The translations under genes and the position numbers were made by a program. Of a DNA stretch of 64,000 nucleotides, positions 10,460 to 19,124 are shown one piece after another; the stretch's first letter is position 1; each line of letters starts with the position of its first letter. The stretch is from an uncultured Pelagibacteraceae bacterium (GTDB taxonomy: Bacteria > Pseudomonadota > Alphaproteobacteria > Pelagibacterales > Pelagibacteraceae): NCBI GenBank assembly GCA_902564565.1, contig CACFBW010000005.1, forward strand, positions 3,424 to 67,423, written 5' to 3'. The notes under the pieces were generated by a model that was not told the DNA's origin, ran no database searches, and saw only the letters and a list, made by a program, of their open reading frames with translations.

Positions 10460-11572
10460 TTAATCTCTTTCGATACACATCGATATTCCCATACCACCAC
10501 CAATACATAAAGTGGCTAATCCTTTTTTTAAATTGCTTCTTGTCATTTCGTGAATTAATGTAACTAATATTCTTGCGCCCGATGCACCAATAGGATGTCC
10601 TAAGGCTATAGCTCCCCCATTAACATTAACTTTTTCCTTTGGAATTTTTAGTTCTTTTATTACAGCTATGCTTTGCGCTGCAAATGCTTCATTGGACTCT
10701 ACTAGATCTAAATCATTTATAGACCAGCCTGCTTTTTTTAACGCTTTTTTTGTCGCTGGGATTGGTCCGGTTCCCATAAGAGCTGGTTCTACACCGCAAC
10801 TAGCCCAAGATACAATTTTAGCTAAAGGTTTTAAATTTCTTTTTTCTGCCTGCTCTCTTTTCATTAAAAGCATTGCTGCCGATCCATCATTCACTCCAGA
10901 TGAATTACCAGCTGTTACAGTTCCGTTTTCTTTAAAAACAGTCCTTAGTTTAGATAAACTTTCTTCAGTAATATTAGAACGAGGATGTTCATCAAGCATC
11001 ACATCTCCTTCTATTATTTCTTCTTTAAATTTTTCTTTTTTAATAGCTTCTTGAGCTTTTAATTGTGAAGAGAAAGCAAAATTATCTTGGTCTTTTCTTG
11101 AAATGTCAAATTTCTCTGCAACATTTTCAGCTGTAATTCCCATATGATAATTATTATATGCATCCACCAAACCATCTTTGAGCATCATTTCTTCTTTAGA
11201 ATTTGTCATGCTTTCTTGTCCTCCAGCTATAACTATATTTGAGTCGTTAGTTAAAATTGATTGGTAGCCAGCAACAACCGCTCTTAAACCAGATCCACAA
11301 ACTTGATTAATAATGTATGCAGTCTTATCTACTGGCAAGCCTGCTTTGATTGCAGCTTGTCTTGCGGGATTTTGTCCTGTGCCTCCAGTCAAAACTTGAC
11401 CTATTATTGCCTCATCAATATCAGTGGGCAAAATTTTAGTTTTTTCTAAAATATTTAAAATTACTTTTGCACCTAATTCATGAGCTTGGTGTTTTGCCCA
11501 TATGCCTTTGAGCTTGCCTATGGGTGTTCTTACAGCAGATACAATTACTACGTCTTTTAAATTTTTTGGCAT
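10460..11572 (-). CDS. atoB: Acetyl-CoA C-acetyltransferase (thiolase), shortened
   Basis: NQVCGSG, NEAF, GHPIGASG and CIGGG catalytic motifs. Confidence 0.92.
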   Translation of the reverse strand: MPKNLKDVVIVSAVRTPIGKLKGIWAKHQAHELGAKVILNILEKTKILPTDIDEAIIGQVLTGGTGQNPARQAAIKAGLPVDKTAYIINQVCGSGLRAVVAGYQSILTNDSNIVIAGGQESMTNSKEEMMLKDGLVDAYNNYHMGITAENVAEKFDISRKDQDNFAFSSQLKAQEAIKKEKFKEEIIEGDVMLDEHPRSNITEESLSKLRTVFKENGTVTAGNSSGVNDGSAAMLLMKREQAEKRNLKPLAKIVSWASCGVEPALMGTGPIPATKKALKKAGWSINDLDLVESNEAFAAQSIAVIKELKIPKEKVNVNGGAIALGHPIGASGARILVTLIHEMTRSNLKKGLATLCIGGGMGISMCIERD

Positions 11573-11641
11573 ATAAATACAATAATTCTTAAATAGTAAA
11601 ATTTCATTAAAAATTATATATATAAATAATAATTAATAATT

Positions 11642-11718
11642 GCGCCTGTAGCTCAATTGGATAGAGCGCTTGGCTACGGACCAGGAGGTTCTGGGTTCGA
11701 CTCCTAGCAGGCGCGCCA
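11642..11718 (+). tRNA. tRNA-Arg(ACG)
   Basis: Cloverleaf GCGCCTG...CAGGCGC G CCA; anticodon loop CT-ACG-GA; GGTTCGACTCC T-arm. Confidence 0.97.
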
Positions 11719-11838
11719 AAAAAGGTAAGTAAAATGTTAAATTGGTTTTTAAAATCATCGTTACAAAAATCGGTTATATATTTTTTTATAATTGTTTTTA
11801 TAATTTTGTTAATTTTAGCCTTTATATTATAAAAAATT

Positions 11839-12264
11839 ATGACCAAAGAATTTGAACAAATAAGTATAAAACCGGGTTTTATGAAACACAATGGTGGTGT
11901 TTTGTTTAGAAAAATTTCTGATACTGAATATGAATTTAAATCTTCTATTACTAAAAATCATCTAAATGCAGCCGAGATAACACATGGAGGATACATAGCT
12001 GCCCTCATAGATGCTGGCGCTGGAACTGCTGCTCATAAAGCGTCGGGTAATTCTCCATGCGTAACAATATCGTTAGATATAAAATTTATTAGCGCAACTA
12101 GAACTGGAGATGAAATAATTGGTTTTACCAAAATTCAAAAAAAAACAAAAACTCTTGTTTTTTTAATATGTCATCTTCAATGCAAAGATAAAATCATTGC
12201 TTCTGCTTCGGGAGTATGGAAAATTTTAAATGTTAAACCTTCTGACTTAGGTCCTGGAGGTTAA
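11839..12264 (+). CDS. PaaI family hotdog thioesterase
   Basis: HLNAAEITHGGYIAALID motif. Confidence 0.9.
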   Translation: MTKEFEQISIKPGFMKHNGGVLFRKISDTEYEFKSSITKNHLNAAEITHGGYIAALIDAGAGTAAHKASGNSPCVTISLDIKFISATRTGDEIIGFTKIQKKTKTLVFLICHLQCKDKIIASASGVWKILNVKPSDLGPGG

Positions 12265-12265
12265 T

Positions 12266-14596
12266 TTAATCTTTTCTTCTATAATTAAAATATCCAAAAA
12301 TAATTAACAATAAAATAGCTGCAGGATAAACTATTGCTTTTGTTGGTCTATCTAAATTTTCAATTTTAAACTCAGTTATATAATCACCGGTTTCCAAGCC
12401 AGCCTTTTTGGCTTTTCCATTCCATTTTAATGTGTCTACGAATATTTTATTATCTTGGATTGTTAAATTAACTCCATATTCTTTTAAATCAAATTTTTTT
12501 TTAAAACTATTCTTTTTAATCACAAATAATTTATATCTTTCTCCATATTCGCTCAATCTAGTAACTTTAATATGAACTTCTTTTTTTGGATCAAATTTTA
12601 ATGTGTGAATTTTTGTTAAATCTTTATGATTATATTTTGGATAAAATTTATTTAAAACAAACTCTGGTGACAAAAGTGATATTGAAATTATTAAAAATAT
12701 TATAATTTCAAACCACTTTAATTTATTAAACATCCATCTTTGAGTAGCTGCAGTAAATACTAAAATTCCAAGCAATGATGTTGAAATCACTAACAAAGCA
12801 TGCCAAATATTTTCAATCCCGATTAATAATAATTCATGATTAAATAAAAAAACAATCGGCAAAATACCTGTTCTTAAACTGTACCAAAATGCCTGGACTC
12901 CAGTTTTAAGCGGGTCTCCACCTGAAATGCCGGCAGCGGCATAAGATGCTAAGCCTACCGGAGGTGTAACATCTGCCATTAAACCAAAATAAAACACAAA
13001 TAAGTGTACAGCTATAAGGGGGAATATAAATCCAGATGCATTACCAACGTCTATTAAAACCATTGACATTAGAGATGCAACAACAACATAATTAGCAGTG
13101 GTTGGAAGACCCATTCCAAGTAGTAAACACAGAATTATAGTCAATAATATTAAAATAATTACATTATCTTTGGCAACCGATTCAATTACAATTATTAAAT
13201 TTGTACTTAATCCTGTAGATCCAACAGCTCCAACTATTACACCCGCAGTTGCTATTGCTATACCAACAGCAACCATATTAATTGCTCCCTTTTGAAAGCC
13301 TATAATAGTTTGATTAAACCATATTTTTAAAGCTTCTTTGTAATTACCATTTTTAGAAGATTTAATTATTTTATTTATTAAATTTACAAAAATTAACGCA
13401 AGCGTCGCATAAAATATAGAATATGAAGCTGTTAACCTTAAATAAACTAATAAATAAATTAAAACAAAAATTGGTATTAAAAAATGCAAACCACTTAAAA
13501 ATGTTTTTTTAAGAATCGGTACGTCTTTTTCATCCATGCCTTTTAAATTTAGTTTTAAAGCTTCAAGATGCGAAATATAAAATAAAGCTATGTAAGATAT
13601 AATAGCAGGTAAAAATGCATGTTTAACAACTTCAAAATATGTAACTCCTATAAAGCTCGCCATAACAAACGCTGCTGCTCCCATTACTGGTGGCATAATT
13701 TGACCATTAACCGATGAAGAAACTTCTATTGCTCCAGCTTTTTCTTTTGAAAATCCAGTTTTTTTCATAATTGGAATTGTAAAAGTTCCTGTAGTGACAG
13801 TGTTTGCTACTGATGAGCCTGATATCAAACCAGTCATTCCTGATCCTAAAATAGCAGCTTTAGCAGGCCCTCCTCTCATTTTTCCAACCATTGCAAAAGC
13901 TAAATCCAAAAAATATTGGCCACCACCAGCTGTTTCTAATAGTGCTCCAAATAAAACAAATAAAAAAATAAAATCTACAGAAACACCTATTGGAATACCA
14001 AATATTGCTTCTTGATCAAACCACTGAAATCCAACAAGTCTTTTTAACGAAAGTCCACCATGAGAAATAATCTCTGGAGCATATTTGCCAAAATAGGAAA
14101 AGAGTAAAAAACAAACTGCAATAATAACTAAAGGTATTCCAATAACTCTTCTGGTCGCCTCAAGAAGAATTAAAATACCACAAATACCAATGATTAATTC
14201 TATAGGTATATTAATATTTTCTCCTAGAGATATATTTAGAAGAACTCCACCTCTGTCTACAAGTTGATCATAAAAAAAATAGATATAAAGACAGCAAAAA
14301 GCTGCAACCAAACTTATAAAAATATCAAAAATTGAAATTTTTTTTGATCTAGAAATAGGAAATATTAAAAATGCCAACAATAAAGCAAAACCTAAATGAA
14401 TGGCTCTTGCTGGCAAACCCTTAAACATTCCAATATTAAACCAAAACGGAAATGGAGATGCATACCAAAGTTGAAATAAAGACCAAATAATAGCTATAGT
14501 TAAAACAATTTTTAAATGTATTCCGGTAAGTTTTTTAGTTGGTGATAAATCTTCACTAATTTTATTTTCTACTTTTGAAGTATTTTGACGATTCAT
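12266..14596 (-). CDS. TRAP transporter fused 4TM/12TM permease (TAXI type)
   Basis: GGPAKAA, SGSSVAN, GQIMPPVMGAAAF, GMGLPTTANY and ADVTPPV motifs; likely start ATG 14596. Confidence 0.93.
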   Translation of the reverse strand: MNRQNTSKVENKISEDLSPTKKLTGIHLKIVLTIAIIWSLFQLWYASPFPFWFNIGMFKGLPARAIHLGFALLLAFLIFPISRSKKISIFDIFISLVAAFCCLYIYFFYDQLVDRGGVLLNISLGENINIPIELIIGICGILILLEATRRVIGIPLVIIAVCFLLFSYFGKYAPEIISHGGLSLKRLVGFQWFDQEAIFGIPIGVSVDFIFLFVLFGALLETAGGGQYFLDLAFAMVGKMRGGPAKAAILGSGMTGLISGSSVANTVTTGTFTIPIMKKTGFSKEKAGAIEVSSSVNGQIMPPVMGAAAFVMASFIGVTYFEVVKHAFLPAIISYIALFYISHLEALKLNLKGMDEKDVPILKKTFLSGLHFLIPIFVLIYLLVYLRLTASYSIFYATLALIFVNLINKIIKSSKNGNYKEALKIWFNQTIIGFQKGAINMVAVGIAIATAGVIVGAVGSTGLSTNLIIVIESVAKDNVIILILLTIILCLLLGMGLPTTANYVVVASLMSMVLIDVGNASGFIFPLIAVHLFVFYFGLMADVTPPVGLASYAAAGISGGDPLKTGVQAFWYSLRTGILPIVFLFNHELLLIGIENIWHALLVISTSLLGILVFTAATQRWMFNKLKWFEIIIFLIISISLLSPEFVLNKFYPKYNHKDLTKIHTLKFDPKKEVHIKVTRLSEYGERYKLFVIKKNSFKKKFDLKEYGVNLTIQDNKIFVDTLKWNGKAKKAGLETGDYITEFKIENLDRPTKAIVYPAAILLLIIFGYFNYRRKD

Positions 14597-14617
14597 TTGT
14601 GAAAGATATCTTACTAT

Positions 14618-14652
14618 AAAAAAAAGGCCCAATAAATATATTGGGCCTTTTT
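14618..14652 (-). terminator. Intrinsic terminator/stabilising hairpin between the TAXI binding-protein gene and the permease
   Basis: AAAAAGGCCCAATA-loop-TATTGGGCCTTTTT inverted repeat with A/T tails on both sides. Confidence 0.8.
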
Positions 14653-14674
14653 AATTTAATTAATTATATCTTAA

Positions 14675-15679
14675 TTACATTAACCCAGCTTCTTTGTAGT
14701 ATTTAATAGCACCCGGATGTAATGGAGCCGATAAACCATCAGCTATCATATTTTTCTTTTCCAAAGGTCCAAAAGCCGGATGTTGTTTTCTAAAATCATC
14801 AAAATTTTCAAATACAGCTTTTGTTACTAAATATACTAGTTCTTCAGAAACATCAGCGCTAGTTACAACGGTAGCTTTTACACCAAAAGTAGTTACATCT
14901 TTTTTTTGTCCTGTGTAAGTTCCTGCGGGTATTGTAGCTGCTGCATAATAAGGTGCACCATCTATTAAACCTTGAACAGGTCCGCCAGTAAGATTGATTG
15001 GCAATGCTTTAGCTGCACAAGTTGCTGCTTGCTCCATAGCACCATTTGGAAATCCTACAGAATATCCATAAGCATCTATTTTACCATCGCAAAGTGCTTT
15101 AACTTGTTCAGAAGAAGTTAACTCTGTAACTCCTTTAAAGTAGCTATTGTCTACTCCCATTGCTTGCATAAGAACTTCCATAGTTCCTCTTTGACCTGAA
15201 CCTGGGTTACCTATGTTAACAGTTTTACCTTTAAGACCTTTAAAGTCTTTTACTCTTGCTTTTTTTCTAGCCCAAATTTGGAAAGGTTCATTGTGAACTG
15301 AAAAAACAGCTCTTAAATTACTAAACTGTTTTCCTTCCCATTTGCTTGAACCATTGTATGCATGAAACTGCCAATCAGATTGGGCTACGCCAAATTGAAA
15401 CTCACCCTCTTTGATTTGACCAATATTGTAGTTCGATCCCCCAGTTGATGGTGCAGTACATCTATAAGCTTTAGCTGTACCTTTTTTTCTTCCATGTTCA
15501 GCACTTATTGCAAATTTATGCATCATTTTACAAATTGCATTTCCAGTCTGGAAGTAAACTCCTGTTGGTCCCCCTGTTCCTATCGTAAAAAACTCTGCTG
15601 ATTTAGATACCGTTGTTATCGAAAAAGATGCAACAGTCATCAATACAGCACTGGATAGTAATGATATTATTTTTTTCAT
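14675..15679 (-). CDS. TAXI family TRAP solute-binding protein
   Basis: Signal peptide; IGTGGPTGVYF, STGGS, GNPGSG and PLHPGA motifs; GGAGG SD. Confidence 0.95.
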   Translation of the reverse strand: MKKIISLLSSAVLMTVASFSITTVSKSAEFFTIGTGGPTGVYFQTGNAICKMMHKFAISAEHGRKKGTAKAYRCTAPSTGGSNYNIGQIKEGEFQFGVAQSDWQFHAYNGSSKWEGKQFSNLRAVFSVHNEPFQIWARKKARVKDFKGLKGKTVNIGNPGSGQRGTMEVLMQAMGVDNSYFKGVTELTSSEQVKALCDGKIDAYGYSVGFPNGAMEQAATCAAKALPINLTGGPVQGLIDGAPYYAAATIPAGTYTGQKKDVTTFGVKATVVTSADVSEELVYLVTKAVFENFDDFRKQHPAFGPLEKKNMIADGLSAPLHPGAIKYYKEAGLM

Positions 15680-15773
15680 TAGTTAATCCTCCATAATGTA
15701 TTTATTAATAATAGATTTTAACAAGATATTGACAAAGGAGTCTAGCAACTAATTTAGTAATTTAAGTATAAAT

Positions 15774-17000
15774 TTATATGGATTCCGACCAATCTTTAAG
15801 CTTTTTAGTTCCCTCAACTATTTTTGGAGCAAAATTTGATATTAATTTAAAATCTATTTTTGTGTCTTTCTCTAAATTATTCATAAATTTAGTTCCATCA
15901 AAATCTGTAAAACTTAATCTTGCTATCATTTTATGGGGCAAAAATCCAAAATCAGATCCTGGCAATAAAGCAACACCTGTGCTTTTTAAAATATCGTCAC
16001 ACATCTCACTTGAATTAGAAAATTTTTTGTTCAGAAATTCTGGCATGAGATAAAATCCACCTTTAGGTTTATTAATAATTACATTGTTAGATTTCAGATT
16101 TTCATAAACGTACTCACCTACAGCTTTAAGAATATTTTTAGCTTTTTTTAAATATTCGCTTTGATCAGAATTATATGCTGTAATTGCAGCATATTGAATT
16201 GGTGCACTTACTGAAGAAAAAGTTTCACTTGCAAGAACCTTAAGTTTATCTCTCAAATGATTAAGATTATTTGGAATTATAAAATGCCCCAATCTCCAAC
16301 CTCCTGCTGCACACCATTTACTCAGGCCATCACTTATGATTGTTTTTTCTGGGCAAAAATTTGAAATTGATTTAAAATTATCTTCAAAACTTAATTCTGA
16401 ATATATTTCGTCAGATAAAACTAAAAGATTATATTTTTTAACAACTAAACTTATTTCTTCTAAGTTATCACAAACTTGACCAGATGGATTATTTGGAGAG
16501 TTCAAAAATAGAAGATAATTCTTATCTTTATTTTTTAATATTATTTTTTCAATTTCTTGAGCTGAAGGGAACCAATTATTTTCACTTTCAGTCTGTACCC
16601 AATGAGTTTGGTTTCTACTTAAAATTGCCTGAGGATAATAAGAGACCCAACTAGGAGCTGGCAATAAAACATCACCATCAAAAAGAATTTGTAGTAAAAA
16701 CATTAATTCTTTTGTTCCCGGTCCAATAATCACATTTTCACTTTTATATTCATAATTTTTTTTAGCTGAAACAAATTTTGCAATAGCTTCTCTTAATTCA
16801 CATAGACCTTGCATCGGTAAATACATATTATGACTAGCATTTTTTTTTAATGCTTCAACAACGTTTGACGGTATAGCAAAGGGTGATTGTCCAAAACCAA
16901 ATTTATATATTTTTTTTCCACTTCTTTCTAGCTCTTTAGAAATTTCATTTATTTTTAACGTAGATGATGGTTCTAAATTTTTTACTATATTTTTAAACAT
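15774..17000 (-). CDS. PLP-dependent aminotransferase class I/II (aspartate aminotransferase-like)
   Basis: NSPNNPSG, SDEIY and GLSKW..GGWRLG motifs. Confidence 0.9.
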   Translation of the reverse strand: MFKNIVKNLEPSSTLKINEISKELERSGKKIYKFGFGQSPFAIPSNVVEALKKNASHNMYLPMQGLCELREAIAKFVSAKKNYEYKSENVIIGPGTKELMFLLQILFDGDVLLPAPSWVSYYPQAILSRNQTHWVQTESENNWFPSAQEIEKIILKNKDKNYLLFLNSPNNPSGQVCDNLEEISLVVKKYNLLVLSDEIYSELSFEDNFKSISNFCPEKTIISDGLSKWCAAGGWRLGHFIIPNNLNHLRDKLKVLASETFSSVSAPIQYAAITAYNSDQSEYLKKAKNILKAVGEYVYENLKSNNVIINKPKGGFYLMPEFLNKKFSNSSEMCDDILKSTGVALLPGSDFGFLPHKMIARLSFTDFDGTKFMNNLEKDTKIDFKLISNFAPKIVEGTKKLKDWSESI

Positions 17001-18948
17001 TTAATTCTTTTATATTTTTATATTGTTCTAAAACCTCAGGGTTTGCCAGAGCTTCTCTATTTTTAATTTCATTACCATCTATTATATTTTTAACAGCCAA
17101 TTCTACTATTTTTCCATTTTTAGTTCTGGGTATATCACTAATCTTTAAAATTTTACTTGGAACATGTCGTGGTGATGCTTCGGTTCTTATTTTTTTCTTT
17201 ATACTAACTTTTAATTCTTCGTTAAGTTCAAAATTTTTATTAAGCACTACAAATAATACAATCCTAACATCATTATCCCATTTTTGACCAACTACAATGG
17301 ACTCTTTAATTTCTTTAAAATTTTCAACTACTGAATAAATTTCTGATGTTCCTAATCTAACACCTCCGGGGTTTAAAGTTGCATCCGACCTTCCATAAAT
17401 TATAAATCCCCCATTACTCTTAACTTCGGCATAATCTCCATGGTGCCAAATGTTTTTATATTTCTCGAAGTAAGTTTTTTGAAATTTTTCATCTTTTTTA
17501 TCATTCCAAAATTTTAAAGGCATAGATGGAAAAGGATTAACACAAACTAATTCGCCTTTTTTGTTTTTTACAAAATTTCCATTTTCATCAAAAATTTTTA
17601 CATCCATGCCAAGTCCTTTATTTTGGATTTCTCCAGAAATTACAGGCTCATATAAATTTCCTAATACAAAACATGAAACAATATCTGTTCCTCCAGATAT
17701 TGAAGACAAATGAAGATCTTTTTTAATATTTTTATAAATATATTCAAAAGACTCTTTAGATAATGGTGAACCAGTTGAACAAATAGTTCTTAGTTTTTTT
17801 AATTTATATTTATTTTTAATTTTAGCTTTATTTAATGCATCTATAAACTTTGCACTTACGCCCATTAATGTAATATTTTCTTTATATGCAATTTCTAATA
17901 ACAAATCTTCTTTTTTAAACATTGGAAATCCATCAAACAAAACAATGGAAGCTTTTGATGCCAGTGAACTGATAAGCCAATTCCACATCATCCAACCACA
18001 TGTTGTAAAATAAAAGACATTGTCACCCTCTTTAATATCACAGTGTAATTGATGTTCTTTTAGATGTTGTAACAAAACACCTCCATTTCGATGACATATA
18101 CATTTAGGTTTTCCTGTTGTTCCACTAGAATATAAAATTGCTAATTCATGTTCAAAACTAAATTGTTTAAAGAATATATCTTTTGAATAATTCTTTTTAA
18201 TATTATTCCAATAAAAAATTTTTGTTTTTTTAAAATTATAATTTTTTTTTGAAAAATTTTTTCCAGGATAACTAACTATAACTAAATACTTTATTGAATT
18301 TATTTTTTTTAATATTTTAGGTATTCTTTCTGCTATATTAATTTCTTTACCATTATAATAGTATTTTTCAGTAACAAATAAAATTTTTGGTTTAATTTGA
18401 GCAAAACGTTCTATTACTCCGTTTGCTCCAAAATCTGGTGAACAAGAAGACCATATCGCACCAATTGAAGATGTTGCTATAAAAGCCTCCACTGTTTCAA
18501 TTGAATTTACCATATAAGCTGCAACTCTATCTCTTTTAACTAGTCCAATTTTTTTAAAAAAATACTGTAATTTTCCGACATTATTATTTAAATTTTTCCA
18601 ATTTCTTTCCTCTCTAAATCCATTTTCACTGATAAAAGTAATTGCTTTACTATTGTTTTTTTTAGAAAGTAAATTTTCTGCAAAATTTAATTTTGAATTT
18701 GGCATAAAGATATTTTTATAAAAAATCTTAGATTTTTTTATTCTATTTCTTCCTTTTACGCCTTTAACTTTACAAAAATCCCATACGCTTGACCAAAACT
18801 CGCCTGGATTGCTAATGCTCCAATTTAAGATTTTATTATATTTTTTATCGAAACTTTGTTTAAATTTTTTAGATATATATTTCTCAAAATTGTAAAGATG
18901 AGAGTTTAGTTTAATTTTCGTCTTTGCTTCCCAAAGCTTTTTATTCAT
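16993..18948 (-). CDS. Acetoacetate--CoA ligase
   Basis: WSSCSPDFG, YSSGTTGKPKCI, TTCGWMMWNW, SGGTDI and GRSDATLNPGGVR, characteristic of AACS. Confidence 0.93.
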   Translation of the reverse strand: MNKKLWEAKTKIKLNSHLYNFEKYISKKFKQSFDKKYNKILNWSISNPGEFWSSVWDFCKVKGVKGRNRIKKSKIFYKNIFMPNSKLNFAENLLSKKNNSKAITFISENGFREERNWKNLNNNVGKLQYFFKKIGLVKRDRVAAYMVNSIETVEAFIATSSIGAIWSSCSPDFGANGVIERFAQIKPKILFVTEKYYYNGKEINIAERIPKILKKINSIKYLVIVSYPGKNFSKKNYNFKKTKIFYWNNIKKNYSKDIFFKQFSFEHELAILYSSGTTGKPKCICHRNGGVLLQHLKEHQLHCDIKEGDNVFYFTTCGWMMWNWLISSLASKASIVLFDGFPMFKKEDLLLEIAYKENITLMGVSAKFIDALNKAKIKNKYKLKKLRTICSTGSPLSKESFEYIYKNIKKDLHLSSISGGTDIVSCFVLGNLYEPVISGEIQNKGLGMDVKIFDENGNFVKNKKGELVCVNPFPSMPLKFWNDKKDEKFQKTYFEKYKNIWHHGDYAEVKSNGGFIIYGRSDATLNPGGVRLGTSEIYSVVENFKEIKESIVVGQKWDNDVRIVLFVVLNKNFELNEELKVSIKKKIRTEASPRHVPSKILKISDIPRTKNGKIVELAVKNIIDGNEIKNREALANPEVLEQYKNIKELNV

Positions 18949-19124
18949 ATTTTTTTATAAATAAATATTGTAGTATTAATTTCATTTATGTTACTGTTAC
19001 ATCTTAATAAAAACTTTAAAATGAGAACTTTTTCCCTTACGATTCGGTCATGTTTTAGACTATTTTTGTTCTTTAAGACCAACAATATATGGTAGGAAAA
19101 TAATTTAGCATACTAAAGATAGAA

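Noticed and set aside
11607-11891. 94-aa minus-strand ORF
   Set aside because: Antisense to tRNA-Arg and the thioesterase start.
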